Positions 41,715 through 51,800 are shown, counted from the first letter of the stretch. The stretch: 64,000 nucleotides of DNA from Candidatus Hydrogenedentota bacterium (GCA_963668025.2 CAXXTH010000010.1:576001-640000), one strand, 5' to 3'. Notes: a model not told the origin generated them from the letters alone. Translations and numbers: made by a program.

Positions 41715-42473
41715 TCAGGCGGAGCGGACCAGCCGAGGCAATGCATCTATAAAGTGACGCCAGTCCATGAAGGTGTAACACGCCTGTGTAGCCCCTACGG
41801 AACGGGCATTCTCTCCCGCGAACAATACCGGGACGCCGCCCAGCGTATGGATGCCCAGGATGTCAGTCTCCTCGAGATCGCCGATGTGCATCAGCTCCGA
41901 TGGCGCTGCATCGAGGCCTTGAGCGGCCTTGTCGAACATGCTCCGGTGTGGTTTCGCATGGCCCACCTCGTCCGAAAAAGCGAGGACGCTCAAGTAATCG
42001 AGGAAGCCATTCCGTTCAAGTAGAACACGTAAGGAACGGCCTGGGCTGATGCCGGTATCGGATATGAGCCCCACCGGGCCATATGCGGCGGCCGCCCGCA
42101 CGGCTTCAAGGGCCCCCTCAATGGGTTCCGGCGAATGCTGGACGATGGCCGTGGCGAAAACCTTGGCAAGTTCATGCTGGATTTTATCGGGCAAATCCAT
42201 CTCCAGGCGCGCCAGGGCCATGCGAACGCCATCCAGGGGCGTTAGCGTTTGCTGATGGGCGATATGGTGCTGGTAGAACAACGGGGCAAGCGATTCAATC
42301 GCGTTTCGGGCTTCCTGTTCGGTGCAACCTGCCGCGGCCTTTAGGGCATCGATGCGAATCTGCTGCCTCGGAATGTTATTGGTGTCACGGAACAGTGTCA
42401 TCCAGAAATCAAAGGTGATCGCGCGAATAGCCATGTAAAAACTCCTTGCATGATTTATGTTGATTAGGCTCAC
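41715..42473 (-). CDS. HAD-superfamily hydrolase (start probably ATG 42434)
   Basis: ITFDFWMTL, ISDT, KPHRSMF, HIGDLEETD. Confidence 0.88.
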   Translation of the reverse strand: MSLININHARSFYMAIRAITFDFWMTLFRDTNNIPRQQIRIDALKAAAGCTEQEARNAIESLAPLFYQHHIAHQQTLTPLDGVRMALARLEMDLPDKIQHELAKVFATAIVQHSPEPIEGALEAVRAAAAYGPVGLISDTGISPGRSLRVLLERNGFLDYLSVLAFSDEVGHAKPHRSMFDKAAQGLDAAPSELMHIGDLEETDILGIHTLGGVPVLFAGENARSVGATQACYTFMDWRHFIDALPRLVRSA

Positions 42474-42698
42474 CGTGATGGAATATCGAATCCGTAGCAG
42501 CCGTTCCTATTTCCGGGCGGATGTTCCCTATATATTGTCTGATATGCATGGTTGAAGCAATCTCGGCATTGGCCTACGCCAGGCTTGCCTTATGATGTTG
42601 TTTTGAATACACTGCCGGGCCAACAAGCTGTATCATCGCGCGATATATGGTATATTTATGTAAGGCGCTTTATATAACAAGGGGAAAGTTCCGCCAAA

Positions 42699-43718
42699 AT
42701 GGGCGAAGATCATCTTGAAAAGCATATCGAAGTCAGCCAGCCTGCCATTGTCGAGATGCAAGGTGAGGTTTTTGGGCGGCCGGGAGACCGGTTTCGCACG
42801 AATATCCGTGGGTGGAGCACAGGCGAATATGTATTATTAGATTGGCCCGATGATCCCGCAAAATCCGTATTGATCCGCCGCCATGCACAATATCTCGTCC
42901 GTTTTTTGGCGGATGGCGTTGCATGTGGATTCTTAGCAAGCATTAGTGAGAGTGAGGTGACGCGCCGCTCCCATTTCCGGGTCACTTGGCCTGAACAAGT
43001 CGAAACGGTGCGCTTGCGCCGGCACGAACGCATGAACCTCACAACGCCATGCAGGGCTATTTTTCCTGATGGGGACGAGGTGGAGTGTGAACTAAACGAT
43101 ATTAGCGTAGGCGGATGCCGTTTATCATTCGATAGGCCCGTTGAAGAAGGAATCGAGCTCCGCTTATCTTTCTCGCTTGAACAAGGGCTGTTGATGGCGG
43201 GCATACGTGCGCTGGTTCGCAGTGTATGCGTCAAAGGCGAAATCACGCTGGCCGGATGTGAATTTGCTGGACTCGACGACCGCAGGCGGTATGATATCGA
43301 GTTTTATCTTGCCGCGGCTCAAGGGCATTCCCGCAAGCAAGAACGGAACGCCCCGCACATTTTGATATGTGAGCATGAACTCGAGCATTTGGCGGTCTTT
43401 CGCGAACAATTCGAGCAGAGCGGGCTCAATGTAGCTACCGCCACGAATCTGATCGATGCGTTCTATCTCCTTCGACTATCTCCACCAGACGTATTGGTTT
43501 TGCCCATGCAAATCGATGGCGTTTCCTGGCTGGAGATTTGCCACATCATACGGCAAAACCGCAACTTAAGTGAGCTGGTTATGGTGTTGTGGGTGTCGAA
43601 TGGAAAGATTCCCGATGATGCTTCCTTATCCCAGCTTGTCCAAGGCTGGTTTGTCCGGCTTGATCAGGCCCTCCAAACAGTTCAAGAAGTATTGCCTGAG
43701 ACGGCCAGGGAAACATAA
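42699..43718 (+). CDS. YcgR-like PilZN-PilZ c-di-GMP receptor with C-terminal pseudo-receiver
   Basis: RRHER and DISVGG PilZ motifs, followed by a receiver-like HILICEHE..PPDVLVLP. Confidence 0.85.
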   Translation: MGEDHLEKHIEVSQPAIVEMQGEVFGRPGDRFRTNIRGWSTGEYVLLDWPDDPAKSVLIRRHAQYLVRFLADGVACGFLASISESEVTRRSHFRVTWPEQVETVRLRRHERMNLTTPCRAIFPDGDEVECELNDISVGGCRLSFDRPVEEGIELRLSFSLEQGLLMAGIRALVRSVCVKGEITLAGCEFAGLDDRRRYDIEFYLAAAQGHSRKQERNAPHILICEHELEHLAVFREQFEQSGLNVATATNLIDAFYLLRLSPPDVLVLPMQIDGVSWLEICHIIRQNRNLSELVMVLWVSNGKIPDDASLSQLVQGWFVRLDQALQTVQEVLPETARET

Positions 43719-43851
43719 CTATGTTTTGTTTCTGTTCCCAGATACTCTCGCTATCAATTTGCCGAATTGTTGTTTTCTTATGAGGATTTCCCTGAGAAAC
43801 CATTGCATATCAAATAGTTATGTCGGGACTATATAGGCGTATTCCTCCAGC

Positions 43852-43943
43852 GGTGGGGCAAGCCCCACCCTACAAATTTTAGTGTATTTAGTGTATTTGG
43901 TGGTCTCCAAATCCGGATCTTTAGTTGCGGCCATACCGCGTTG
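43852..43943. repeat. Cluster of REP-like elements between convergent genes
   Basis: GTAG-type REP GTAGGGTGGGGCTTGCCCCACC (minus, 43852-43873), tandem arm TTAGTGTATTTAGTGTATTTGGTGGT (43879-43904), small hairpin GCGG-CCATA-CCGC (43927-43939). Confidence 0.65.
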
Positions 43944-43973
43944 CGTTTTTTATGGTCGAAAAATCCGCGCTGT

Positions 43974-45212
43974 TTACGGCTTCAAATTGAGGTTGTACAG
44001 CGCAATTGGGTTGTCCCAGAACCATTGCTTCACGATATCCAGCGCCTGCGACTCATTCATGCCGCCCTGCTCGATGCGCCGCGCAAGCACCCGCGCCACA
44101 TCTTCGCGCGCCATAACCAGGTGGCCGTAGACCTTCTCGACGGGCAGGCCGTAATCGCCGCCGAAGGCGATGATCTTGTTCATCGGGATCAGGTCGAGCA
44201 GTTCATCCAGGGCGATTTGGACGAACCGCTGCGAGATGATATGCGTCCAGCATAGGTTAAGCCATACGTTCGGGAATCCCTTGGCCAGCATGATGCATTC
44301 ACGCATCCAGGGATAGCCGAGGTGATATATGTCGAACCGGACCTTGGGGTGGCGTTGGAGGATGGGTATCATATGGAGCGGATCTAGGGTGCGGAAATCG
44401 CCCCAATAGCCCGTATGCACCGCCACCACCAGATTTTCCTCGCCCGCCAACCGGATGAGTTCATCCACCACGTAATCCCGCAGCGGATTCGGCTGCGGCA
44501 AGCGTTCGAGTTCGCCGGAGAGCAAGCGGTTGAAGATGGCGGCAGCCTCTTCGCGGCTGGCGCTCGTGAAGGGATTCGAGAACAGCTTCAATCCGACGGT
44601 GCCCTCGGCTTTCACCCGCAGCACATACGCTTTGGCGGCATTCAGATATTCATCCAGTGTTCGAGGGGACGTGCCCGGCGCAAATGGAGAGCTCGAAATC
44701 TCCGCGCCCGTTTCCATGCTATACGCCAGCGGCATCACGGGCGTCAGCAGATCCGTATCGCCCAAATCCGTGCGGCCGCATTGCGTGAGCGCGGTGCGGA
44801 TGCGGCAGGCCTTGCGCAGCACCCGTTCGTAGATGCCGGGCGTGTTGGCGGCCTGCATGGCTGCGGAGATCTCCGCATAATTGGTGTCGTCGATGAATGG
44901 CGCGTCGTAGAAGCGTTCCGCCGCGAGCAAGGCGGCGCGCGCGTAACATCCATGCTGAATGCGCTCCCAATAGGGGGCGAATGTGCGCCAGCGCGTATCG
45001 AGGGGTATCGAGCGGTCGAAGAGGCTCTCGTACTCCTGTGCGCTCATACCAGCGACTTCCAAGTCACCGCGCGTGTATTGCGAAAAGAGCGTGAATACAT
45101 CCACCGGCTCCGCCACGCGCACCGCCTCAGGCCCTAAGTGCTCATGGGCGTCAATGATGTCCATCGCCTCGATGGCCCGCACCAGGTTTCGCTCTAGATC
45201 ATTCAGCTTCAT
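43974..45212 (-). CDS. Amidohydrolase-superfamily metalloenzyme (UxaC-like / amidohydrolase_2)
   Basis: IIDAHEH, AVHTG, DIYHLGYP, FGGD. AGGAG RBS. Confidence 0.85.
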   Translation of the reverse strand: MKLNDLERNLVRAIEAMDIIDAHEHLGPEAVRVAEPVDVFTLFSQYTRGDLEVAGMSAQEYESLFDRSIPLDTRWRTFAPYWERIQHGCYARAALLAAERFYDAPFIDDTNYAEISAAMQAANTPGIYERVLRKACRIRTALTQCGRTDLGDTDLLTPVMPLAYSMETGAEISSSPFAPGTSPRTLDEYLNAAKAYVLRVKAEGTVGLKLFSNPFTSASREEAAAIFNRLLSGELERLPQPNPLRDYVVDELIRLAGEENLVVAVHTGYWGDFRTLDPLHMIPILQRHPKVRFDIYHLGYPWMRECIMLAKGFPNVWLNLCWTHIISQRFVQIALDELLDLIPMNKIIAFGGDYGLPVEKVYGHLVMAREDVARVLARRIEQGGMNESQALDIVKQWFWDNPIALYNLNLKP

Positions 45213-45236
45213 GGAAATCTCCTGTTTCCGCCTGCT

Positions 45237-45413
45237 TCAACTTGCCTCCCAGAATTTCGACGAACTGCCGCCTTTGGCCACTTGGACCGTGAATGGCCTT
45301 GCGCATTTCGGGCACGCGCCTTTAAACGCCGTGCCGTCTTTGTTGAGGTAAACGCGCGTATAGACGTTGCAGCATTTGAACATCACATTCAAATAGGGGC
45401 GCGGCGCTTTCAT
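45237..45413 (-). CDS. 58-aa Cys-rich zinc-ribbon-like protein, not in ORF track
   Basis: MKAPRPYLNVMFKCCNVYTRVYLNKDGTAFKGACPKCARPFTVQVAKGGSSSKFWEAS*, CC plus CxxC. ATGA overlap with the upstream gene. Confidence 0.8.
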   Translation of the reverse strand: MKAPRPYLNVMFKCCNVYTRVYLNKDGTAFKGACPKCARPFTVQVAKGGSSSKFWEAS

Positions 45414-45562
45414 TTCGGAATTTTCTTTTCTTTGGCGGATGCCGCCTCTTTTTTGGCTTTAGGCTTAGGGGCCATGCTCTCGAACAAGCTCCAGCCGTAA
45501 TAGACTCCACCCGCTACAACAAATGCAAATAAGATTGAAATACCCAGCAGCATGCGGTTCAT
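45410..45562 (-). CDS. 50-aa single-TM protein with Lys-rich tail, not in ORF track
   Basis: MNRMLLGISILFAFVVAGGVYYGWSLFESMAPKPKAKKEAASAKEKKIPK*. ATGA overlaps at both ends. Confidence 0.75.
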   Translation of the reverse strand: MNRMLLGISILFAFVVAGGVYYGWSLFESMAPKPKAKKEAASAKEKKIPK

Positions 45563-46521
45563 GGCGATTCCTTCTTGTTGTTCCCGTCTTCGTCCAGCGC
45601 TTCGAATCGGGGCACCAGCGGCGATACCGGACGAACCGGTTGCGGACTGGGCGGCTCCATCGTAGCAGGTTCAGGCTTGGAAGCCGCTTCCGCGCGTTTC
45701 TCTTCAAGCAGCGCCTTCAAGGTCTCAATCTGTCCCCGCATCTGCTCGATGCGTTCTTGCAGCGCCGAATTGGAGTTCCGCAAACTCTCATATCGCTTTA
45801 GCATATCCTCATGTGATTGCAGGACTTTTGCAAGGGCTTCCTCTTGCTTGCTCAGCGGGATCTCGTTGGAAGCGGGCGTTTCCGGCGGCGTTGGGGTGGG
45901 GGAGGCCTCGGGCGTAGGAGCCGATGCTGTTTCTGGTTTCTTGATGATAACCGCAACAGGCGCTTTAGCAGGCTCCGGCGTTTCCTCGGGGGCGATTTCC
46001 ACACTCAGGCAGTCAAACCACACTGTCCCCTGGCCCTTGAGCACGCAGCGCACCATGATGTAATCCGTCTGCTCCGGCGCATCAAGCCGCATCTCGACAG
46101 GCTCCCAGTCGCTCGTGCCATACCGGGGCGTATCCGTGCTTGTCGTGGCGAAACCCGCCACGCTCCAAGGCGCGCGATGAATACACTGCACCCAAATGGC
46201 TGCTTCCGTGGCGTCTTTGGTCCGGATATACCCGCGAATCAGCAGTGTTTTTTTCGCCACTTGGGCGATGATGCTCTGGCTCCAATTGTTAATAGGCTCG
46301 TTCTCGTAGGGCTGCGGATTGTGCAGTTTCACGCAGAAACGCCCCTCCTGGGGCGCTTCTTCACTGAGTACGCCCTCCGCGCCGGGCATCGGCATGACAA
46401 AGGCGTTCCAGCGTGCAGGAACGGTTCCATCGAGCTGCTCGAAGCCCGGATTGGCCAGCAGATTCCGCGCCCCGCTGGGAAGCGAAAAGGAAAATAGTGC
46501 AAGTATGATTACGCGCCACAT
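45559..46521 (-). CDS. Exported protein: CBM4/9-like jelly-roll, Pro-rich linker, coiled coil
   Basis: Signal peptide, NLLANPGFE, GTSDWE, GTVWFD, PT/PE-rich linker, heptad region. Confidence 0.75.
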   Translation of the reverse strand: MWRVIILALFSFSLPSGARNLLANPGFEQLDGTVPARWNAFVMPMPGAEGVLSEEAPQEGRFCVKLHNPQPYENEPINNWSQSIIAQVAKKTLLIRGYIRTKDATEAAIWVQCIHRAPWSVAGFATTSTDTPRYGTSDWEPVEMRLDAPEQTDYIMVRCVLKGQGTVWFDCLSVEIAPEETPEPAKAPVAVIIKKPETASAPTPEASPTPTPPETPASNEIPLSKQEEALAKVLQSHEDMLKRYESLRNSNSALQERIEQMRGQIETLKALLEEKRAEAASKPEPATMEPPSPQPVRPVSPLVPRFEALDEDGNNKKESP

Positions 46522-46583
46522 GTAACGAGTCTACCAAGCGCCTTCGCCCCGATCAAAAGGAAGGAGGATGTTTCAAAGCATCC

Positions 46584-46607
46584 AAAGCGGCAGCTTGCCG
46601 CCGCTTT
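46584..46607. terminator. Probable intrinsic terminator hairpin
   Basis: AAAGCGGC-N8-GCCGCTTT, 19 nt past the stop at 46627. Confidence 0.55.
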
Positions 46608-46626
46608 CATGTCCTTGCTTATGTAG

Positions 46627-49600
46627 CTAATACGTGCATACCACGCGGAATGGTTCTCCCGCTGTTTGAACCGTTACCACGCCATTCGCCGCCGATACCG
46701 TCTTGCCGTTTATAGATGTTTTACTGGGAAGCTTCCCCGAGGGATGCCGGAACACGATGCGCATCTCTACTTGCCCGGCGGGGGGGGTGATATCCGCCGT
46801 GATGGTGTTTTCGGTGGCCGTGGTGCGGAGCCCCATTTTACCAAAATAGGTTGGGGCGTCTTCCACCTTGATGGATTGTCCTGCGGCGAACCACCGCCTG
46901 GGGCATCCGCGCAGCAGCCACAACACATCCGGCTCCTGATCATCAATCACCATGCGGCGGAGCATATCGAGCAGGCGTCCGTTGCCCGATGCGTTGGGCT
47001 GGAAGGGCGAAAAGTTGGCGTCGCTGATGTGAATGCGTTCCACGGTCTGGTAGCAATCTTGCGAGAGGCCATAGGCCATGTTCGAGTAGAAAATGAGTAG
47101 CGCTTTTTCGATTTCGCCCCGGGCCAGGAAGTTTTGAAAATAGCCCCGTTCCGATAAATTGACATACCAGAATGGATTGCGCCTGCCCAATTCCTCTGGT
47201 TCATCCATGCGGTTGGTTAGGCCGATCAACGTGCCCCAGGTCTGCTGCAAATAAGAGAACATATCGTCAAAACGTTTGTCCGTTTGCGCGTCTAGGAGTC
47301 CGGTCGCGAACATGCAGGCTGGCCCGTCCGCCCACCACAGCCCGCCTTTTTCGCCTTCCTGCGTGGATACGAGATTCGGCACGAAACGCAATCCCGTCGC
47401 GGCGTCCACATACTCGGCCTTATGGACGGCGTCGAGCAGGCATTCGCGGTATTCGTCCGCTTCTTTCCGGAGGCGTTCCGCATCCGGGAGTCCCGCGGAT
47501 TGAAATGCCGCAGCCATCTCATCCATGCCTTTCCATGTAAAGACATCCGAGAAGAAGAAATATGACCATCCATTCCAATCATGTACCCGCCCTTTGGGCA
47601 GGAGCCCGTAATAGGCCGCCTTTTCGCCCGTATCGGTGAAGCGCCGCGTGCGCGCGCGTTCCGCCTGGATCCAATCCCAGGCCGACAGCATGCTGTCCCG
47701 GTTCTCCACCAACCATGCGGCATCTTGCGAATAGCGATATTTGGCGGCCATGGCCCACAATACGGAGCCGGTCTCGCATGTCCAGCGCAGCAGGAAGTTT
47801 CCCGAGTAGCAGCCGTAGGCGGACTTGGTTTCGCCTTCTGGCTTGCGCCCTGGCTCGGCGTATGGGCCTATGCCCGTTTGGCGTTCCGTGAAAAATTTAT
47901 AGGTGGGTTCGAGTTCCTGATGAAATCCAAGCGCGCACATGGGCGCGAGCATATGGGCGCATTCCCACGGCCACACGCCTTCCCATATGGGCGACTGATA
48001 GGGCTCATGCCATGGGCAATCGGGATTCTTTCGAAGGTTTCCGAGGCAGGAGAGAATCAACTGCCGGTAGACATCATTTAGCCGGGGTTCAGGGGTCTCC
48101 AGCTTCATGCCGGGCTCGAGCCCCTTGTCCCAGTACGCCTCCGCGCGCGCCAGCGCGGCGTCAAACGAGGTTTCGCGCATCAGGGCGGTTTCTTCCGCTG
48201 GGTATAGCTCGGGGGAACCCACCGCCACGAGGTCGAGTGTGGTGGTGGCGTTCGGCGGCAGGTCAAACTCGAACCGCAGTACATTTTTCAGTGTTTCCGG
48301 CATCAGGGGCTCGGTGGCGTGGGTGGCGAAGTCCGAGACAAAATCGACCGCGGCCTCGGCGCTGGTGTGATATGCCAAAAACGGCTTGCCATCGAGCAGC
48401 ACGGCATTTTGCCCCAGCGTTACGGGCATGCTGGGCTCCATCCATCGCGAGGCCGAAGCTAGGAAGGGCTGGTAGTTGGTGTTCTGCATATCCTGCATCC
48501 GGCCCATCAGCACATAAAGCGGCACTTTGCGCGATTCGGCGGAGGTGTTGCGCAGCGACATCCGCACCACCGTATATTGCGGCTCCTTTCCGGAGACTAC
48601 TTCCGCGTCCCGGGGGAGGATCGTGAAAGCCGTCTGGTTCACTTCGCAGGAATCCATCACCCACTGGCTCTCGACGATGGGTTGATACCCGTTGTGAAGC
48701 TTGCGCGTGACGGCGTACATATCGGGAAGCTGGAAAGGACTGCCGCAGGCGAATCCTATGCCGTACGCGTCGCAGGCCCGCCCCAACGCGATGGACATAT
48801 CCGGGTGGACATACACCACATCCGAGGAATAACGCGCTTCGATGGGCACGCGCTGCGACATGGGCGCGGCCATTCCCCCGAGTTCATCCCATCCCACTTC
48901 TAGGTGCTGTGTGGCCACCCCATCCAGCGTGGGGCCTTGCAGGAGCCGCTCCCATGCCTGCTCATACGCTGGAACCGCTTTTTTCTGGGACTGGGTATTG
49001 CGCGCCAAGGCTTTCTCATCTTCCCTCGCGGCCAGTCGAACGAGATCAAAACCAGGCATGTCAATCGCGTTCGACAATGTGAGGCTGTCGATGGCGGCAT
49101 CCGCCTCGTGGCCGTCCATCACTCCCAGCCAGCGCGTTACGCAAGGAAGCGAACCCACGTGGAACACCTTGGCCTCGCCTGGCATCTCAGCCGTGCTGTA
49201 GATGCGGTGGCGCAGTTGGCCGTCAATATACAGCGCGCGGCACTTCGAGGACTGCTCCCAGCATACCGTCACACGATGCCACTCGTTGGCGCGCCAATCC
49301 ACCTGGGCGGATAGGCCGCCAAGCGCGCCGTCTCCGCCGAAATAGACATGCCCCTTGTTGTTCCGGGACAGAAATCCCAATACTGTCCGGTTTTCTTTGC
49401 CCGGATCATGGTCTATGCCCCAAAAGAAACAGTCGTCCGATGGCTGCGCGCTGTCCCAGTTCGGGCGAATCCACATATCCAGCGTTCCGGCCTTCGGGTC
49501 AAAATGGCCTTCGGCGGGATAGGACAATAGAGCGCCCTTCATGAACAGGCCCGAATTCCCCTCTTTTCCGGGAGCGAGCAACACCGCGCTGGCGGTGGTG

Positions 49601-49824
49601 GGTTCTTCCACACTGTTGGCCTTCAGGCCTTCTTCAAATGAAAGCGTGAACATGTCTTTCTCCTTTTGGGCATGAGCATACCCACAGCTCACGAAAAAAC
49701 TGGCGGTTATGAGCATATGTATGCATATGGCCAAGACATGGCTACTGGGATTGGGCTGGCCGGTTCTTACAAGGATGTTCATGATATGGTTCCTTTCCCA
49801 TAGATTACACATATGCACAGACAA
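46627..49824 (-). CDS. Exported LamG-domain plus (alpha/alpha)6-type glycoside hydrolase-like protein (start probably ATG 49782)
   Basis: GTLDMWIRPNW..EWHRVTVCW..LYIDG (LamG), then YQSPIWEGVWPWE, helical barrel and WLLRGCPRRW..APTYFG tail. Confidence 0.7.
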   Translation of the reverse strand: MSVHMCNLWERNHIMNILVRTGQPNPSSHVLAICIHMLITASFFVSCGYAHAQKEKDMFTLSFEEGLKANSVEEPTTASAVLLAPGKEGNSGLFMKGALLSYPAEGHFDPKAGTLDMWIRPNWDSAQPSDDCFFWGIDHDPGKENRTVLGFLSRNNKGHVYFGGDGALGGLSAQVDWRANEWHRVTVCWEQSSKCRALYIDGQLRHRIYSTAEMPGEAKVFHVGSLPCVTRWLGVMDGHEADAAIDSLTLSNAIDMPGFDLVRLAAREDEKALARNTQSQKKAVPAYEQAWERLLQGPTLDGVATQHLEVGWDELGGMAAPMSQRVPIEARYSSDVVYVHPDMSIALGRACDAYGIGFACGSPFQLPDMYAVTRKLHNGYQPIVESQWVMDSCEVNQTAFTILPRDAEVVSGKEPQYTVVRMSLRNTSAESRKVPLYVLMGRMQDMQNTNYQPFLASASRWMEPSMPVTLGQNAVLLDGKPFLAYHTSAEAAVDFVSDFATHATEPLMPETLKNVLRFEFDLPPNATTTLDLVAVGSPELYPAEETALMRETSFDAALARAEAYWDKGLEPGMKLETPEPRLNDVYRQLILSCLGNLRKNPDCPWHEPYQSPIWEGVWPWECAHMLAPMCALGFHQELEPTYKFFTERQTGIGPYAEPGRKPEGETKSAYGCYSGNFLLRWTCETGSVLWAMAAKYRYSQDAAWLVENRDSMLSAWDWIQAERARTRRFTDTGEKAAYYGLLPKGRVHDWNGWSYFFFSDVFTWKGMDEMAAAFQSAGLPDAERLRKEADEYRECLLDAVHKAEYVDAATGLRFVPNLVSTQEGEKGGLWWADGPACMFATGLLDAQTDKRFDDMFSYLQQTWGTLIGLTNRMDEPEELGRRNPFWYVNLSERGYFQNFLARGEIEKALLIFYSNMAYGLSQDCYQTVERIHISDANFSPFQPNASGNGRLLDMLRRMVIDDQEPDVLWLLRGCPRRWFAAGQSIKVEDAPTYFGKMGLRTTATENTITADITPPAGQVEMRIVFRHPSGKLPSKTSINGKTVSAANGVVTVQTAGEPFRVVCTY

Positions 49825-49834
49825 TGGCCGTGAG

Positions 49835-50148
49835 CGGCTAACGTGTTCTCCTTCTATTATGAAATCCGCGACACTTTAGCGGACTGAAGCGAGAGCTACT
49901 TTTTTTAGACATGATTAACAAGATGAACAAGATTGGACAAGATCGCCAGGATTATGTATAGATTTAAAAGTTAATCTATGAAGTGTCCGGCCGCGTTCTT
50001 TTGTGTAGCAAAATTGCCATCAAAAAAATCTTGTCTCATCTTGTAAATCATGTCTAAAAATAAAAACCTCCATCATAGGCGGTTTATTATGTATTCTCAG
50101 TTCAAAAAATGTCCCGATGCTTTTACTTCAGTCGGCTAACGTGTTCTC
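49835..50148. mobile_element. Non-coding nested-hairpin insertion bounded by a 16-bp direct repeat
   Basis: CGGCTAACGTGTTCTC at 49835-49850 and 50133-50148; outer IR GACTGAAG/CTTCAGTC; inner ~33-bp IR 49902-49934 / 50027-50060. Confidence 0.6.
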
Positions 50149-50159
50149 AAATCCGAATA

Positions 50160-51800
50160 TTAAGTTTTGCGCACCCAGACCGGGCTGGACCATGCCATTT
50201 CGCCATCCTGCCGCGTGACGCGCACATAATAGGAATCGGTCTCGCTGCCTGCGTTTATTTCAAATTCGCACCGGCATTCACAATCCCCTACATCCCGGCT
50301 GGCATAATCTTCGCCGTTTTTAACCAGTTCCACCGATGCCACGGGAATTTCGCTGGCGGCCATTACGCTGGCTGTAAGGGGACCATCGCCCCGCACTTCG
50401 CCGCCCATGGGCTGCCCCGCTATCTCGAACCGGAGCAGGATGCGCGCTCCGGTCGTGGCGTAGACACGCCGGTTCCACAACGCGTCGAAGACAGCGTGGC
50501 GGGCCAGCTTCGGACACCATACCGCCAACAGCCCGCCCGGCTGCACACTGCGGTACATGAGCGGTTCGGCCTGCCAATGGCTGATCACATTGCCCGGTCG
50601 GCCATCATGCACATCGCCCGAGCCGATGAATCCGTATCGGCGGCCCAAGCGCATGGCGTCGCAGATATGCTGTCCCATCCGTTCGCCGCCCATGTCTGCA
50701 TGGATAGGCCGTGGATTGCCTGCTTCTCCTGGCCGTTCACTGCTGCCCCAGCAGGAATAGATCTCCACGAGCCGCTCCAGCTCCGGGTCATGGCCAAGTT
50801 CCCAGTTCACCCCCATATCCGCGCTTGCCGAGTGGTGGGGAATAACCAGCGCGCCATGTTTCCTCGCGAACGCATACATCGCATCTATCTGCTCGTATTG
50901 GGGATCGGTCGCCCGGATCCGGGGCGCTTTCGAGTTCCGGTGGTATAAGTTCCTGTGGCCATACCGGCTCGTCCACTCTTGCGCCACCAGCGTCGCGAAC
51001 CGTCCTGGCGCATTGAAATCATTCGTGACCGCCGTCAGGTAATCCCACTGCCGGTCAGTCAAGTAAACTTCGGCGTGGTCAGACAGCGCACAGATGTCGA
51101 GAAAGGCCTCATCGCGCGCGAAGTAATAATATTCTTCCGGGCTACGAATGGCGTCCGTCAAGATGGTGTGGCCGTGGATGTCCCCCCAGTATAAACGCAG
51201 TTCAGGCGCGCCCGTGCTAACTTCGATGGGATTGCTTCTGGCCGCCACGCCGGTCTCGGGATCCGTGAGCGTGACGAAATGGATGCCTGGCGTGTTGAAT
51301 TGCATCGGCCCGATGCGGCGGATGGGACGCGAATCGTGCGGGTACGGGCCTTTGCCATCCGCGAACGAGACTTCCGCTGGCCCCATATATCCTTCACTAC
51401 TCGTGATTAGCAGCTTGCCCCGCCAGTCCGGCGGCACATTGTCCATGTACGAAATACCGCGTGGGGAAAGATTCGTACTGCTGGATACAGTAGGGTAATC
51501 TGTCGTGAAACAAAACAAAGGCGCGGTGTAAGGAGTTGATAATACCCGCACGCCTATCCGGAACTCTTCTCCCACGGCCACTGTGCTCGGGGCCGCCAGG
51601 AATAGGCCCACTACATCGCGAGAGGGTTCATAGGACCGAACCAGTTTGCCCTCCGGCCGATTTTTTGTCCAAGGGTGTTGATTCGCATCTTGGGATCGAG
51701 AGGCCTCCTGGGGTGTTTCCGCACATGCAATGCCCGCCCCAAGGCCAGCCAGCGCTCCTCCCCCCAGCAACATAAATCGCCGCCTATCTATCGTGTCCAT
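50160..51800 (-). CDS. Tat-exported PHP-fold metallohydrolase (CehA/McbA / DUF3604-like)
   Basis: DRRRFM twin-Arg signal, WGDIHGHT, LSDH, IPHH, GSGDVH, AWSSPVWV. Confidence 0.85.
   Translation of the reverse strand: MDTIDRRRFMLLGGGALAGLGAGIACAETPQEASRSQDANQHPWTKNRPEGKLVRSYEPSRDVVGLFLAAPSTVAVGEEFRIGVRVLSTPYTAPLFCFTTDYPTVSSSTNLSPRGISYMDNVPPDWRGKLLITSSEGYMGPAEVSFADGKGPYPHDSRPIRRIGPMQFNTPGIHFVTLTDPETGVAARSNPIEVSTGAPELRLYWGDIHGHTILTDAIRSPEEYYYFARDEAFLDICALSDHAEVYLTDRQWDYLTAVTNDFNAPGRFATLVAQEWTSRYGHRNLYHRNSKAPRIRATDPQYEQIDAMYAFARKHGALVIPHHSASADMGVNWELGHDPELERLVEIYSCWGSSERPGEAGNPRPIHADMGGERMGQHICDAMRLGRRYGFIGSGDVHDGRPGNVISHWQAEPLMYRSVQPGGLLAVWCPKLARHAVFDALWNRRVYATTGARILLRFEIAGQPMGGEVRGDGPLTASVMAASEIPVASVELVKNGEDYASRDVGDCECRCEFEINAGSETDSYYVRVTRQDGEMAWSSPVWVRKT

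Noticed and set aside
49835-50148. Integron attC sites (GGCTAAC/GTTAGCC core) or a mini CRISPR
   Set aside because: Only two same-orientation copies, no paired R-box/L-box structure, no cassette ORF, no integrase or cas genes, and the 282-bp spacer is far too long for CRISPR.
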